Part shown: positions 34,702 to 44,321 of the stretch, one piece after another
Numbering within the stretch: the first letter of the stretch is position 1
How the letters are laid out: each line of letters opens with the position of its first letter
NCBI GenBank assembly: GCA_903937035.1
Contig: CAIZXS010000005.1
Coordinates: 62,746-126,745, forward strand
DNA: 64,000 nucleotides
Direction of reading: 5' to 3'
DNA from: an uncultured bacterium
GTDB lineage: Bacteria > Patescibacteriota > Minisyncoccia > Moranbacterales > UBA2206
Notes under the pieces: model-generated
Database searches by the model: none
The model's input: the letters and a program-made list of their open reading frames with translations, nothing else
What the model was told of the DNA's origin: nothing
Program-made: the position numbers and the translations under genes

Positions 34702-36108
34702 ATGAAAAAATTACACAGAAAGTCACCAAATAGCCATCTTTTCACTGAAGAGGATTTCCACTTGTGCGAGCTGACACAAACGTTTAGCGTCAGTAATATT
34801 TGGCTGGAAAAAGGCATGCAAAATCAGATTGCAACTTATGATTTAATGATTCGCGATATGCCGAAAAATAGGAGTTTTTTTGTGGCAAGCGGACTGGAAG
34901 AATTGGTCAGTCATGTTTTGAAAAATCGCTATTCCAAGGAGGATATTCGATACCTGCAAAAATTGAAAGTGATCACGCCAAAATTTGCCGCGTACCTGAA
35001 AAAGTTTAAATTTAGCGGAGACATTTGGGCGATGCCGGAAGGAACTATTTTTTTCCCCGGCGAACCGATTGTGCGCATTACCGGACCAATCATTGAGGGG
35101 AATATTATGACCATTCTTCTCATCAATTCGATTGTCAGTAATACTATTTTTACTTCTAAGGTAATCCGACCGCTTATTGCAGCTCAAGGTCGATTAGTGA
35201 TTGGCCCGGGGATGCTGCGAGCACAAAGTTTTGAGTCTGGCATGAAAGCCAGTCGCGCGTCATATATCTGTGGACTAGCACAAAATCTTATGGCACTTCA
35301 CAGGAAATATAATCTTAGGCAGTCTGCGCCAATGGCCTATTCCTATCATGCGTTCATGAAATCTTTTGATGGTGAAATTGAAGCCATGCGAGCAATGACC
35401 AACATCTTCCCAGCTGCCTATTTCATGGTGGATACTTATGATTTTGATGAGGGACTCAAAAATGCAATTAAGGTTGCCAAGGAATTGGAAATGCGTGGTA
35501 AACGACTAGCGGGGATAACGATTGATAGCGGAGATTTGGTTGCGCTTTCCAAAAAAGTCCGTCGCGAGCTTAATCGACATGGCTTGCAGTATGTCAAAAT
35601 TTCGGTGGCCAGCAATTTGGATGAGTATAAAATTGCCAAAATGATGAAGCAGGGAATTGCAGCCGATAGTTTTCTTTGTCAGACGGAAATGATTACCGTA
35701 ACAGATGAACCAAAATTGGAAGCTATTTTCAAGCTGGCCGAAATTCGTGATGGCAAAACAATTAAGCATATGGCCAAATTGACCCCAGGGAAATTATCAC
35801 TTCCCGGTCGAAAGCAAGTTTATCGGATCTATGACAAAAAAGGCAAATTTAAAAAAGATATCATCGGATTAGAAAATGAAAAAAATGGTGGCGTTCCGCT
35901 ACTATTGCCAATAATTCAAAAAGGCAAAGTAGCCTATAAATTCCCAACATTAGATGAAATCGCCCTGCACGTCAAAAACCAGATTCAGAAACTTCCTGAA
36001 AACTTGTTGGATGTGACGAAGACGAATCCGTATGAAGTGGGAATTAGTAGGAATGTTTTGAAAATATTGGATGATCTGAGAAAAAAACATCAAAGTCATA
36101 ATGGATAG
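34702..36108 (+). CDS. pncB: Nicotinate phosphoribosyltransferase
   Basis: 468 aa. FMVDTYDFDEG and GITIDSGDLVALS motifs of the NAPRTase family. Confidence 0.75.
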   Translation: MKKLHRKSPNSHLFTEEDFHLCELTQTFSVSNIWLEKGMQNQIATYDLMIRDMPKNRSFFVASGLEELVSHVLKNRYSKEDIRYLQKLKVITPKFAAYLKKFKFSGDIWAMPEGTIFFPGEPIVRITGPIIEGNIMTILLINSIVSNTIFTSKVIRPLIAAQGRLVIGPGMLRAQSFESGMKASRASYICGLAQNLMALHRKYNLRQSAPMAYSYHAFMKSFDGEIEAMRAMTNIFPAAYFMVDTYDFDEGLKNAIKVAKELEMRGKRLAGITIDSGDLVALSKKVRRELNRHGLQYVKISVASNLDEYKIAKMMKQGIAADSFLCQTEMITVTDEPKLEAIFKLAEIRDGKTIKHMAKLTPGKLSLPGRKQVYRIYDKKGKFKKDIIGLENEKNGGVPLLLPIIQKGKVAYKFPTLDEIALHVKNQIQKLPENLLDVTKTNPYEVGISRNVLKILDDLRKKHQSHNG

Positions 36109-36164
36109 TTGCTGTTTGTTGATAGGATAATAAAAACCCAGTACTTTAAAAAAAGGAGAGCAAT

Positions 36165-36482
36165 ATGTATAAAAAAGTTATTATTATGGCGGCTTTGGTA
36201 CTACTGTTGGTATTTGTCACGCAGTCTCAATTGCATGCGGAATCTAAGACATACGAAATTACTGGAATATTGCAAGACGTAATATTCAATTTTGATGGGC
36301 CATCATTCACTGCCTTTTGCCTTAAGGGTGGCAAGACTAGAATGATCGTAATTGCCGATGTTCCAAGGGAGATTGCTCTCGAAAGGGGAAAAATGTGTGT
36401 TGTGCGATATGCTGAGGGCGATGATGGATTCTATCATTTTTTAAGCATCGAATATAAAAGCGATGTGACAAAAGCACCATAA
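36165..36482 (+). CDS. Small secreted protein, hypothetical
   Basis: 105 aa. Signal peptide MYKKVIIMAALVLLLVFVTQSQLHA. aggagagcaat SD-like sequence upstream. Confidence 0.45.
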   Translation: MYKKVIIMAALVLLLVFVTQSQLHAESKTYEITGILQDVIFNFDGPSFTAFCLKGGKTRMIVIADVPREIALERGKMCVVRYAEGDDGFYHFLSIEYKSDVTKAP

Positions 36483-36498
36483 AAATTTAGGAGTAAAT

Positions 36499-37242
36499 AT
36501 GCCAAATAGACAAGACAGTATGTTTGCGGATACTGCCGCAATGTATGATGCTAAGGCTAATGAATATGCCGAGGCAGCAAGGCGAGAGTTGCGAGAGCTC
36601 ACGCTTCAACCAGCGTTGATCAAGCACCTGGGCAATCTGAGCGGAAAGAGGGTATTGGATATCGGTTGTGCAACCGGAAATTCGAGTCGCCTGGCTCTTT
36701 CGTGCGGAGCGCAGGAAGTGGTCGGTATAGATTTCTCAGAAAAAGAAATTGTTACCGCGAGAGAAATTGATAAGGGCAGGTCGATCAAGTATTTTGTTCG
36801 AAATGCTGCGGATGATTTGAGCGATTTGGGAAAATTTGATTTCGTAACAGCCATCTTGTCTGTGCATTACTGCACTGAACGAGCGATGCTGGAAAAAATG
36901 TTTCGTAATGTGCAAAAAGTGCGCAAGCCCAATGGAAAATTTCTGGCAGTCGTGGTCCCGTTCTCTTCTTATGATGGTTATGGAGTGAAAATCTCATCAC
37001 CAACCGGCCAAGAAGGCGAGCCTTCGAATGTTTCTCTTTCAGATTTTCAGGGCAAGAAGTTTTTGGACTTCGATGATATTTATTGGAGCGAGAAAACATA
37101 CCAGGAAGTCCTGAAAAAAATCGGTTTTTCTGTCGAGTGGCTTCCGTGCATTGTGTCGGGAGAGGGAATCCAAAAATACGGCGAAGGCTTTTGGCAGAAG
37201 TTTCTGGATGACCCAATCTATAAAATATTTTTGGCAAAATAA
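36499..37242 (+). CDS. Class I SAM-dependent methyltransferase
   Basis: 247 aa. Motif I VLDIGCATGNSS and post-I acidic residue IDFSE. Confidence 0.7.
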   Translation: MPNRQDSMFADTAAMYDAKANEYAEAARRELRELTLQPALIKHLGNLSGKRVLDIGCATGNSSRLALSCGAQEVVGIDFSEKEIVTAREIDKGRSIKYFVRNAADDLSDLGKFDFVTAILSVHYCTERAMLEKMFRNVQKVRKPNGKFLAVVVPFSSYDGYGVKISSPTGQEGEPSNVSLSDFQGKKFLDFDDIYWSEKTYQEVLKKIGFSVEWLPCIVSGEGIQKYGEGFWQKFLDDPIYKIFLAK

Positions 37243-37270
37243 GAAAGGAGAAAAAGATTTCTTTTGCAGG

Positions 37271-37312
37271 GAAAATTAAAAGGAGTTGCATGGCGTTGCG
37301 ACTCCTTTTTTC
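37271..37312. terminator. Bidirectional terminator between the convergent methyltransferase and polA genes
   Basis: A run, then ggagttgcatggcgttgcgactcc hairpin, then T run. Confidence 0.55.
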
Positions 37313-37340
37313 TTTGCTTTTTTTCTGGCGGAAGTGTGAG

Positions 37341-40067
37341 TTATAGTTCTCCCCAATTATCTCCAATTTCAACATTGGCGACTAGTGGAACGCGGAGTGT
37401 GTAGGCTTTTTCTAGAATCGTTTTGATTTTTTGTGCCACTTCCTCGGCCAGCTCTTCCTTTACTTCCAAAATAATTTCATCGTGCACTTGGAGAAGCATT
37501 GCGACATCAGAATTATTTTCAAATTCTTTCGCCACATGGAGCATGGCGATTTTCATAATATCAGACGCGAGGCCTTGAATAGGCATATTGATCGCCATGC
37601 GTTCGGCGGCACTTTGGACTTGAAAGTTGGATGAATTAATTTCGGGGATATAGCGACGCCGGCCGATTTCTGTTTCGACGTAGCCGAATTTTTTGGCAAA
37701 TTCTTTGGTTTCGCGCATGTAATTGGCGACACCTTGGAATTTTTCAAAATAGGCGTCGATAAATCGTTTAGCATCATCACGCGAGATGCCGGCGCGAGCG
37801 GAAAAACCAAATGAGCCCATGCCATAAATAACACCGAAATTTAATTCTTTGGCAGTGCGACGAATCTTGTCCGTTACTTGTGAAGGTGTCAAATTATTGA
37901 TTTCAGCCGCGGTGGCGCGGTGGATGTCTTCGCCATTGTGGAATAGCTCAATCATTTTTTTATCTCCACTTACATGTGCCACAACGCGCAAATCAATTTG
38001 TGAATAATCGGCGCTGACTAATTTGTAACCATCTTCGGCGACAAAAGCGGTGCGAAGAAGTTGTCCGAGATCGGTGCGTGTGGGAATATTTTGCAAATTT
38101 GGATCGGATGAGGAGAGACGACCAGTCGCTGTGACGGCTTGATTGAAAGTGGAATGCAAGCGTGAATTTTTGTCGACCATCAGTGGTAATGTGTCGAGAT
38201 AGGTATTTTTTAGTTTGGTGATTTCCCGGAATTCTTCAATTTTTTCAATAATTTTATGCTCACCGCGCAGTTTGTCTAGTTCTGCGGAAGCGGTGGAGAT
38301 GACGCCGGATTTCCCCTTTTTGATGTTACCGACAGGCAGCTGCATTTTTTCAAACAAAACTTCTGAGAGTTGTTTTGGCGAAGCAATATTAAACGTCGTG
38401 CCAGACATTAAATAAATATTTTCTTCCAGTTTTGCAATGCGTTTGGTGATCGTCTGCGAAATGCCGGAAAAAATCAGCGTGTTTAATTTGATACCCTTTA
38501 TTTCCATTTGTGCTAAAACCTTAGCAAGGGGGATTTCTAATTTAGCATAGACTTCACTGAGTGTATTTTTTACCGCATTATTATTTTCAACCTGTTCAGC
38601 ACTGATTTTTTCGATTGCCTCTTTATGGATTTTTTTTAGTTTGAAAATGTAGTCTGCGATAGCACAATTTTTCTGAACTATTTCTTGGGCACTTTCAATT
38701 TCAAGCCCGAGTTGTCCCTTTTTTAAATCCTCTTTCATTTCTTCTTGCAAAAATTCCGCCACAAGATCGGAAAGAGTTATTTTTCTGCCCGGACTGAGGA
38801 CATAGCTGCTAAGTAAGATATCAAAATAGTTTCCAGCTAAGTTGATCCCAGCCTTTTGCAAAATCTCAAAATCACTCTTAAGGTCAAAGCAAATTTTCTC
38901 CGACTGAGGATTTTCCAAGAGTTTTTTTATCTCGGAAAATATTTCTGTATTTTCTAGATCAAAATAAATTGCCCGGCCAGTTTTATAGCCAATGGCAATG
39001 CCGGAGAGGGTACTGGTATGGGCGGTCGCCCCGTTAGTTTTTAGTTTTATAGCTAATTCTTCTTGGTCCATCAAGCTTTTCATTAGTTCTCGGAAGTTGC
39101 TTTGGTTGGCTAGCTCAAATTTAAAGTCTTTTACGCCATCAGTTTTTTTCAAGGCGGGATTGCTATCGTTCGTTTTTGTTTCGGGGATATTGCCGAGCAA
39201 GCGTTTTTTGAGACTATGAAAATTCAGCTCAGTAAAAAGTGCCACTAATTTTTCTTTATCAAAATCTTTTGTTATGGACTTTTCCAGATCAAGCGTGACT
39301 GGAACCTCTCGGGAAATCGTGGCGAGACCCTTGCTTTGAATGGCAATCAAGCGATCTTTTTCTAATTTTTCGCGCACTGGTTTTTTGATCTCTTCCAAAT
39401 GGGCATAAACATTTTCCAATGTGCCATAGGTTTTTAAAAGATCAATAGCGGTTTTCTCGCCAATCCCTTTTACGCCAGGAATATTATCCGATGGATCACC
39501 GCGCAGACCCTTGTAGTCAATCAATTGTTCCGGCGCAAGTGAAAAGCGTTCAAAAATTTCTGCCTTGCCATAGAGCACGGAATCAGTCAGGCCTCGGCGC
39601 ATTGTGTAAACTTTTGTAACATCATCAACGAGTTGCAAAGTATCCATGTCACCAGTGACAATAATCGTTTGTAATTCTTTGCTGTTTTCTTTGGCTTGTT
39701 TTGCTAGCGTGCCAATCACATCATCAGCCTCAAAACCGCTGACAGCATAGATTGGAATGCCAAACGCCTCGGTCACTTCTTTGACACGGGGGATCTGGGC
39801 ATATAGTGCATCATCCGCCTTCACGCGCGTTGCCTTATACTCCGCATATTCGATGTGGCGAAAAGTTGGTCCGGCCAAATCAAAGGTGGCAATGATATAT
39901 TTCGGCTCGAATTTAGCAATAATGGAAAGCAACGTCGAAGCAAAGCCATAAACCGCATTCACTAGCTCGCCATTTTTCGTTGTGAAGGGGGGGAGAGCGT
40001 GATATGACCGATGAATGATGGCATTGCCATCAATGAGGATGAGTTTTTCGGGTTTGATTTCAGGCAT
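37341..40067 (-). CDS. polA: DNA polymerase I
   Basis: 908 aa. 5-3 exonuclease N-terminus LILIDGNAIIHRSYHA.., polymerase motifs RRTAKELNFGVIYGMG (motif B) and LLQVHDEIILE (motif C). Confidence 0.92.
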   Translation of the reverse strand: MPEIKPEKLILIDGNAIIHRSYHALPPFTTKNGELVNAVYGFASTLLSIIAKFEPKYIIATFDLAGPTFRHIEYAEYKATRVKADDALYAQIPRVKEVTEAFGIPIYAVSGFEADDVIGTLAKQAKENSKELQTIIVTGDMDTLQLVDDVTKVYTMRRGLTDSVLYGKAEIFERFSLAPEQLIDYKGLRGDPSDNIPGVKGIGEKTAIDLLKTYGTLENVYAHLEEIKKPVREKLEKDRLIAIQSKGLATISREVPVTLDLEKSITKDFDKEKLVALFTELNFHSLKKRLLGNIPETKTNDSNPALKKTDGVKDFKFELANQSNFRELMKSLMDQEELAIKLKTNGATAHTSTLSGIAIGYKTGRAIYFDLENTEIFSEIKKLLENPQSEKICFDLKSDFEILQKAGINLAGNYFDILLSSYVLSPGRKITLSDLVAEFLQEEMKEDLKKGQLGLEIESAQEIVQKNCAIADYIFKLKKIHKEAIEKISAEQVENNNAVKNTLSEVYAKLEIPLAKVLAQMEIKGIKLNTLIFSGISQTITKRIAKLEENIYLMSGTTFNIASPKQLSEVLFEKMQLPVGNIKKGKSGVISTASAELDKLRGEHKIIEKIEEFREITKLKNTYLDTLPLMVDKNSRLHSTFNQAVTATGRLSSSDPNLQNIPTRTDLGQLLRTAFVAEDGYKLVSADYSQIDLRVVAHVSGDKKMIELFHNGEDIHRATAAEINNLTPSQVTDKIRRTAKELNFGVIYGMGSFGFSARAGISRDDAKRFIDAYFEKFQGVANYMRETKEFAKKFGYVETEIGRRRYIPEINSSNFQVQSAAERMAINMPIQGLASDIMKIAMLHVAKEFENNSDVAMLLQVHDEIILEVKEELAEEVAQKIKTILEKAYTLRVPLVANVEIGDNWGEL

Positions 40068-40144
40068 AGTGGTTAAATAAAAAAGCCATTAAAATTTAAT
40101 GGCTTAATTATAGCAATTGAAACGAAAAAATGCACTATTGATTG

Positions 40145-40345
40145 CTATTCGCGTTCTTCAATAAATTCTTCTCCTGTCTCCGGGTCGACTCTGTCCAGAT
40201 ATTCTTGCTCTCTTTGTTGTTCTAGGGTAAATCCCTGAGCTTGTTTTTCGCGTAGTTGCGCTAAATCTTCCTCAGTTTTCTTTCTAGCTTTTTCTTCTAG
40301 TTGTTTTCTGACTTCGTCAGCTGAGGGCATTGATAATTCTCCCAT
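40145..40345 (-). CDS. Small acidic coiled-coil protein, hypothetical
   Basis: 66 aa (or 61 aa from the second Met, which has a ggaga SD 8 nt upstream). Same strand as, and immediately downstream of, TrmB paralog 3. Confidence 0.3.
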   Translation of the reverse strand: MGELSMPSADEVRKQLEEKARKKTEEDLAQLREKQAQGFTLEQQREQEYLDRVDPETGEEFIEERE

Positions 40346-40469
40346 ATGTTTTGTTGCTATTAATTATTTAAGACTAACTCTTAGCAATTTAAGTATAGCA
40401 GATTTTTACTCCCGAAGGAATGAGTTACGCTTCCTAGTTAAGGTGGAATAATTATAAAACGAAAGTCAA

Positions 40470-41279
40470 CTATGTAGGTGCCATCTTCCACAACGCTTCA
40501 AACCAAGCACGGTTCATCCCATAGATATTTTTGTCTTCGATGAGGATGGAGATGGTATTGCTTTTGTCAAAAATCTGGTAGGAAATTTTGCCGTCATAAA
40601 TTTGGATGTTGGATTTGAACGGATCAATAAGATCATTGAGATAGCGGATTTCTGTGATCGCGTCATATTTATCATCCGACGTGCCAAAGGTAATTTCCGG
40701 TTTTTTCCCCGCGCGTAGAATGCGTTTTTTGAGGCCTTTATATTTTCTTTTTCTTTTATACTCATCATTGATTGCCTTAAACTTTTCTTCCGTTTGCATG
40801 GCGTTGGTGTTTATGAAAAGCAAAATTTCTGTTTTGGAGGTGAGGGTATCGTCGAGAATTTTTTGCATCCCTTCTTCACCTTCATAGAATTTCACCCCAG
40901 GTTTATTGAGCGTAATGTTATAGCTGGAAATGAGACTGGGCAGAGTATCTTCAAAAGTTTTTTTATCTTGATTGAGTTCAGCTTCTTTGTTCTCCAGAAT
41001 TTTCTCCAAATTACGCGGATGAGTCGCGCGCCACTTCGCCACTTCTTTTTCCTTTTCGATTTTTTCCACCAGATTTAGCGCAAGCAGTTCTTCCAGGGCT
41101 TTATAGGCCACTCCGCGTGGATGGTTAGCAATCTTTGCCACATCGCTGGCCTTCGTTTCGCCATGCTCAAACAAGCAATCCAGCACAGCGGATTGGGTTT
41201 TGGTGAGGCCGAATTTTTGGAGTTGGTCGTTAAACATTAGGTTGTTCGCTTCATGAACCCCGCCTTCTAGCGGGGACAT
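40470..41279 (-). CDS. TrmB-family transcriptional regulator (paralog 3 of 3)
   Basis: 269 aa. FGLTKTQSAVLDCLFEHGETKASDVAKIANHPRGVAYKAL wHTH. C-terminus ..WFEALWKMAPT. Confidence 0.55.
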   Translation of the reverse strand: MSPLEGGVHEANNLMFNDQLQKFGLTKTQSAVLDCLFEHGETKASDVAKIANHPRGVAYKALEELLALNLVEKIEKEKEVAKWRATHPRNLEKILENKEAELNQDKKTFEDTLPSLISSYNITLNKPGVKFYEGEEGMQKILDDTLTSKTEILLFINTNAMQTEEKFKAINDEYKRKRKYKGLKKRILRAGKKPEITFGTSDDKYDAITEIRYLNDLIDPFKSNIQIYDGKISYQIFDKSNTISILIEDKNIYGMNRAWFEALWKMAPT

Positions 41280-41302
41280 ACGAATTAGTATTCGCCATGG
41301 AC

Positions 41303-41340
41303 AGGAGCTGAGCTTCTGGAGCTCCAGAAGCTCAGCTCCT
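41303..41340. promoter_or_regulatory. Perfect 19+19 bp palindrome immediately upstream of TrmB paralog 3 (candidate operator)
   Basis: aggagctgagcttctggagc|gctccagaagctcagctcct. No T run on either side, so it is unlikely to be an intrinsic terminator. Confidence 0.4.
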
Positions 41341-41386
41341 GTTTCGCTAGCTATTATTTAAGGTGCCAAATTGGAACCTTAGAAAT

Positions 41387-42088
41387 TTAATCCTTTTCTA
41401 TAGTATTGTCATAAAATCCAATTCTCTTTTTTGGCTCAGTATCTTCTTTCATCAGCCGCGCAATCATTTGAAAAACAACCTTGAAACTCTTGTCATATTT
41501 ATTTTCCATCAGCTCAACTTTTTCACGCAGTTGCTTGTGAGTGGACAAAATCTCTCGCAGTTTTACAAAAGTCCGCACAATTTGGATACTAACCGCCACC
41601 GCGCGCTTGCTTTTGAGAACGGCAGAAAGCATCGCGACGCCTTGCTCGGTGAAAACATAGGGAGCATATTTCAGATGTTGTCCACGACCTTTCTTCAAGG
41701 TCACAAATTGTGACCTTGAAGATTTGTTATTGTTTAAGATTCCATTTTGGAATCTTAAAGATTTTTTGTCACTTGAGGTCACAAATTGTGACTGCAAGTT
41801 TTCATCGTTCAAGGTGCCATTTTGGTACCTTGAAAATGCGGTAGCCTCTTTTTCACTTAATTGAAACATGAAATCTTTTGGAAATCGGTCAATATTTCTT
41901 TTAACAGCTTTATTTAAATTTCCTGTGATTACGCCATAAAGTTCAGCTAAATCTCGGTCAAACATCACCTTTTCCCCGCGAATAAAGTAAATTTGGCTCA
42001 TTATGCGTTCATCGGGGACTGCACTTGAGGTTCCATTTTGGAAGCTCAAGTTTTCTTTCTTGGCCATATTTTTTGATTTTTTAGACAT
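41387..42088 (-). CDS. ORF6N-domain protein (phage anti-repressor/Rha-like family) with internal in-frame duplication
   Basis: 233 aa. IYFIRGEKVMFDRDLAELYGVITGNLNKAVKRNIDRFPKDFMFQLSEKE is the ORF6N N-domain. C-terminal region has YAPYVFTEQGVAMLSAVLKSKRAV. There is an extra ~38-aa insert with FQNG/SQFVT repeats. Confidence 0.6.
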   Translation of the reverse strand: MSKKSKNMAKKENLSFQNGTSSAVPDERIMSQIYFIRGEKVMFDRDLAELYGVITGNLNKAVKRNIDRFPKDFMFQLSEKEATAFSRYQNGTLNDENLQSQFVTSSDKKSLRFQNGILNNNKSSRSQFVTLKKGRGQHLKYAPYVFTEQGVAMLSAVLKSKRAVAVSIQIVRTFVKLREILSTHKQLREKVELMENKYDKSFKVVFQMIARLMKEDTEPKKRIGFYDNTIEKD

Positions 42089-43336
42089 TTTATACTCTAA
42101 TTCTAGCAGGTTTTTGCATCTTTGTCAACATTGAAAATGACAATATGCAAGTTAAGATAAGCCAAAATAGTCTTTTATGTTAGGGGGAATGGTGACAAAA
42201 GTCTAAAAATGCCATAGTTTCTATGGACAAAATGGTGAAATTCTGATATACTACGCAGTCAAGATGAATCACCGAAAAGAGAAGGTGGTCGAAGAAGAGA
42301 GAATCTTCACTTGATAAACAAGAGTACCTTAAATCAAATAATGTATCCCAATTGTCCTGGAATCTCCCAATCTTCGAAAGAAGAAAAGGAATCCAAGACG
42401 AAACGGATCATTGAATGGCACAACGAAACAGCCGGCATACCAAAGTCCTATGCAATCCTAAAAGGATAAAGAAGAGAGAAAAGATAGTTCCATAAATCAA
42501 TATCATTGATTTGTAGAATTTCTTTAGGACACGGCCAACAAGGTTGTTTCACATTTCGCGAGCCATCGCGAGATGGAAAGTGGTCTCCGGTTCTAATTTT
42601 TTTTTGGAATCGGAAGCAGGCTTTCCAAAAAAAGCCTAAAGTACATTTGATTTACAAATAGTAAAGAAGAAGAGAGCTAAAGATGAATTTTTTTTCAAAA
42701 AAAATACCAATTCGTCTTTAGAAAAATGTCAGTGATAGTTCATTTTGATTTTTCGTCAAAATCTCTCTTCTTCGAAAATCAAAAGAGCTTGTCTCACAAA
42801 TGGTTTTCATCGCGAAAGTTTCCATTTTTGAGCGAAAATTGTGAAAGACGAGGAGGAATATTGAACATATTCCGACGAATCTTGAACAATTTGCAGCCAA
42901 AAATGGGAGCTTGTAGTAGGAAAGCATTTGCGAGACAGGCTCTATATCACTGGCATTTTTGTGAATTGAAGGAGAGAGCAATTCATAAAAAAAGAAATGT
43001 TCTTTAACAATTGAATAGAAATTAGATTGATTTTTCCCCGCAAGGTTCTTTTTCGAAAAGAATCTGACGGGGGAAATGTCAATTAAAAAAAACTCTTTTT
43101 TCGAAAGTAAAGTTGCGATAAATCCTTGAGTAATGGGACGCGACGAAGGCAATGGAGTTTTGTCGGAGTAATTGTTTAATAAAAGTCCACCAAAAAAAGG
43201 ACATAATAAAAGCGAGAAAGACGAGACAGAGGAGCCACGGGAAAAGGAAAAAAATTGGACTTTCAGTGAAGTGCTTAGTCAGCACTGAGAAAGTCCCGGC
43301 CACATAGCGGCCGTAATTCTTCGAAAGGAGGATGCT

Positions 43337-43921
43337 ATGAATACAATGAGAACAGTATTATTGAGATCCCACTGGACAGAGTTAGTCATTGGGGTTTGTA
43401 ACCTCAATGACCGCCCCGACCCCCTTTGGGCTACCGCCTCTGGTTGCGGTGGCTGGGAAACTGGTTTGGACGGGGGTGGAAATGTCCACTCCCCGTCAGA
43501 ATGGGGAGTTATTTTTTCTCGGGCCCACTGGGACCGGGAAGGGGTGGAGGACCTCTGGGTTCTCCGAGTTCATGAAAAATTTTCCCAGGAGCATAATGAC
43601 CACTCTTGGGAGGCGGTGTACCGGCACCGCAACCCAGCCAAGCTGGGAAAAAATCCTCCCAATTGGGAGGATGATGGCTTCTGGGAAGAAGCCGTCATGA
43701 ACAAAGAACTCTGGGAGCGGGTCGAAAACCCACCCCTGGATGTTCTGGGGGTGCTACAAAGGGCACTCGCTTTGTCCCGCCGGTCGTGGGGGCAAGGGAA
43801 TTTTGATAGACTCTTTGGCGAGGAGGAGTCACCTGCTTCGGCGGGTGATGTTGTTGAAGGAATAATCGTCGTACCTCGGGCAAAGTCCCGATACGACGAG
43901 GAGTATGAAAGCGAAGTTTAG
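43337..43921 (+). CDS. Hypothetical Trp-rich protein encoded in a GC-rich island
   Basis: 194 aa. Strong SD gaaaggagg 6 nt upstream. Composition visibly GC-richer than the surrounding genome. W/G/R/E-rich product with no recognisable motif. Confidence 0.4.
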   Translation: MNTMRTVLLRSHWTELVIGVCNLNDRPDPLWATASGCGGWETGLDGGGNVHSPSEWGVIFSRAHWDREGVEDLWVLRVHEKFSQEHNDHSWEAVYRHRNPAKLGKNPPNWEDDGFWEEAVMNKELWERVENPPLDVLGVLQRALALSRRSWGQGNFDRLFGEEESPASAGDVVEGIIVVPRAKSRYDEEYESEV

Positions 43922-44321
43922 CTTTCATGATCCCGACACTGACAAGTCGCTAAACTGTCACGAGAGAGCCACTTGTTAAAACTTCTTTGAACCGTCTTCA
44001 TAAAATTGTCCAGCGTTGAGTTATCCATACTCAAAGCACCATGGGACCCACGCCACCGATTCAGTCGGTCGGCAAGAAGGCGGCAAGGTAATTTCTTTTG
44101 TCTAGTTCTTTCCCAAAAAGAAACTAGACGCCCAATCCGAGTCGGGCAAAAGACTGGGATAGCTGGCTCCGGCGATCGGATGGGCAAAACCACAAATAGC
44201 GGAAAGGATGTCCACCATGACACTTTTCCGCTTTTTTATTGGGGAAAATTTAGAAATTTTGATAAATTGCGCTATTATAATAAAATTAGCTTGCAACAGT
44301 TTAATATTTAAAATAAAAAAT

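Noticed and set aside
36785-37375. 196-aa minus-strand ORF overlapping the methyltransferase gene and the convergent terminator
   Set aside because: It crosses a clear bidirectional terminator and overlaps a gene with SAM-binding motifs. The product is low-complexity.
43389-43700. 103-aa alternate-frame ORF inside the GC-rich Trp-rich gene
   Set aside because: Same-strand overlapping frame without SD. An artefact of GC-rich composition.
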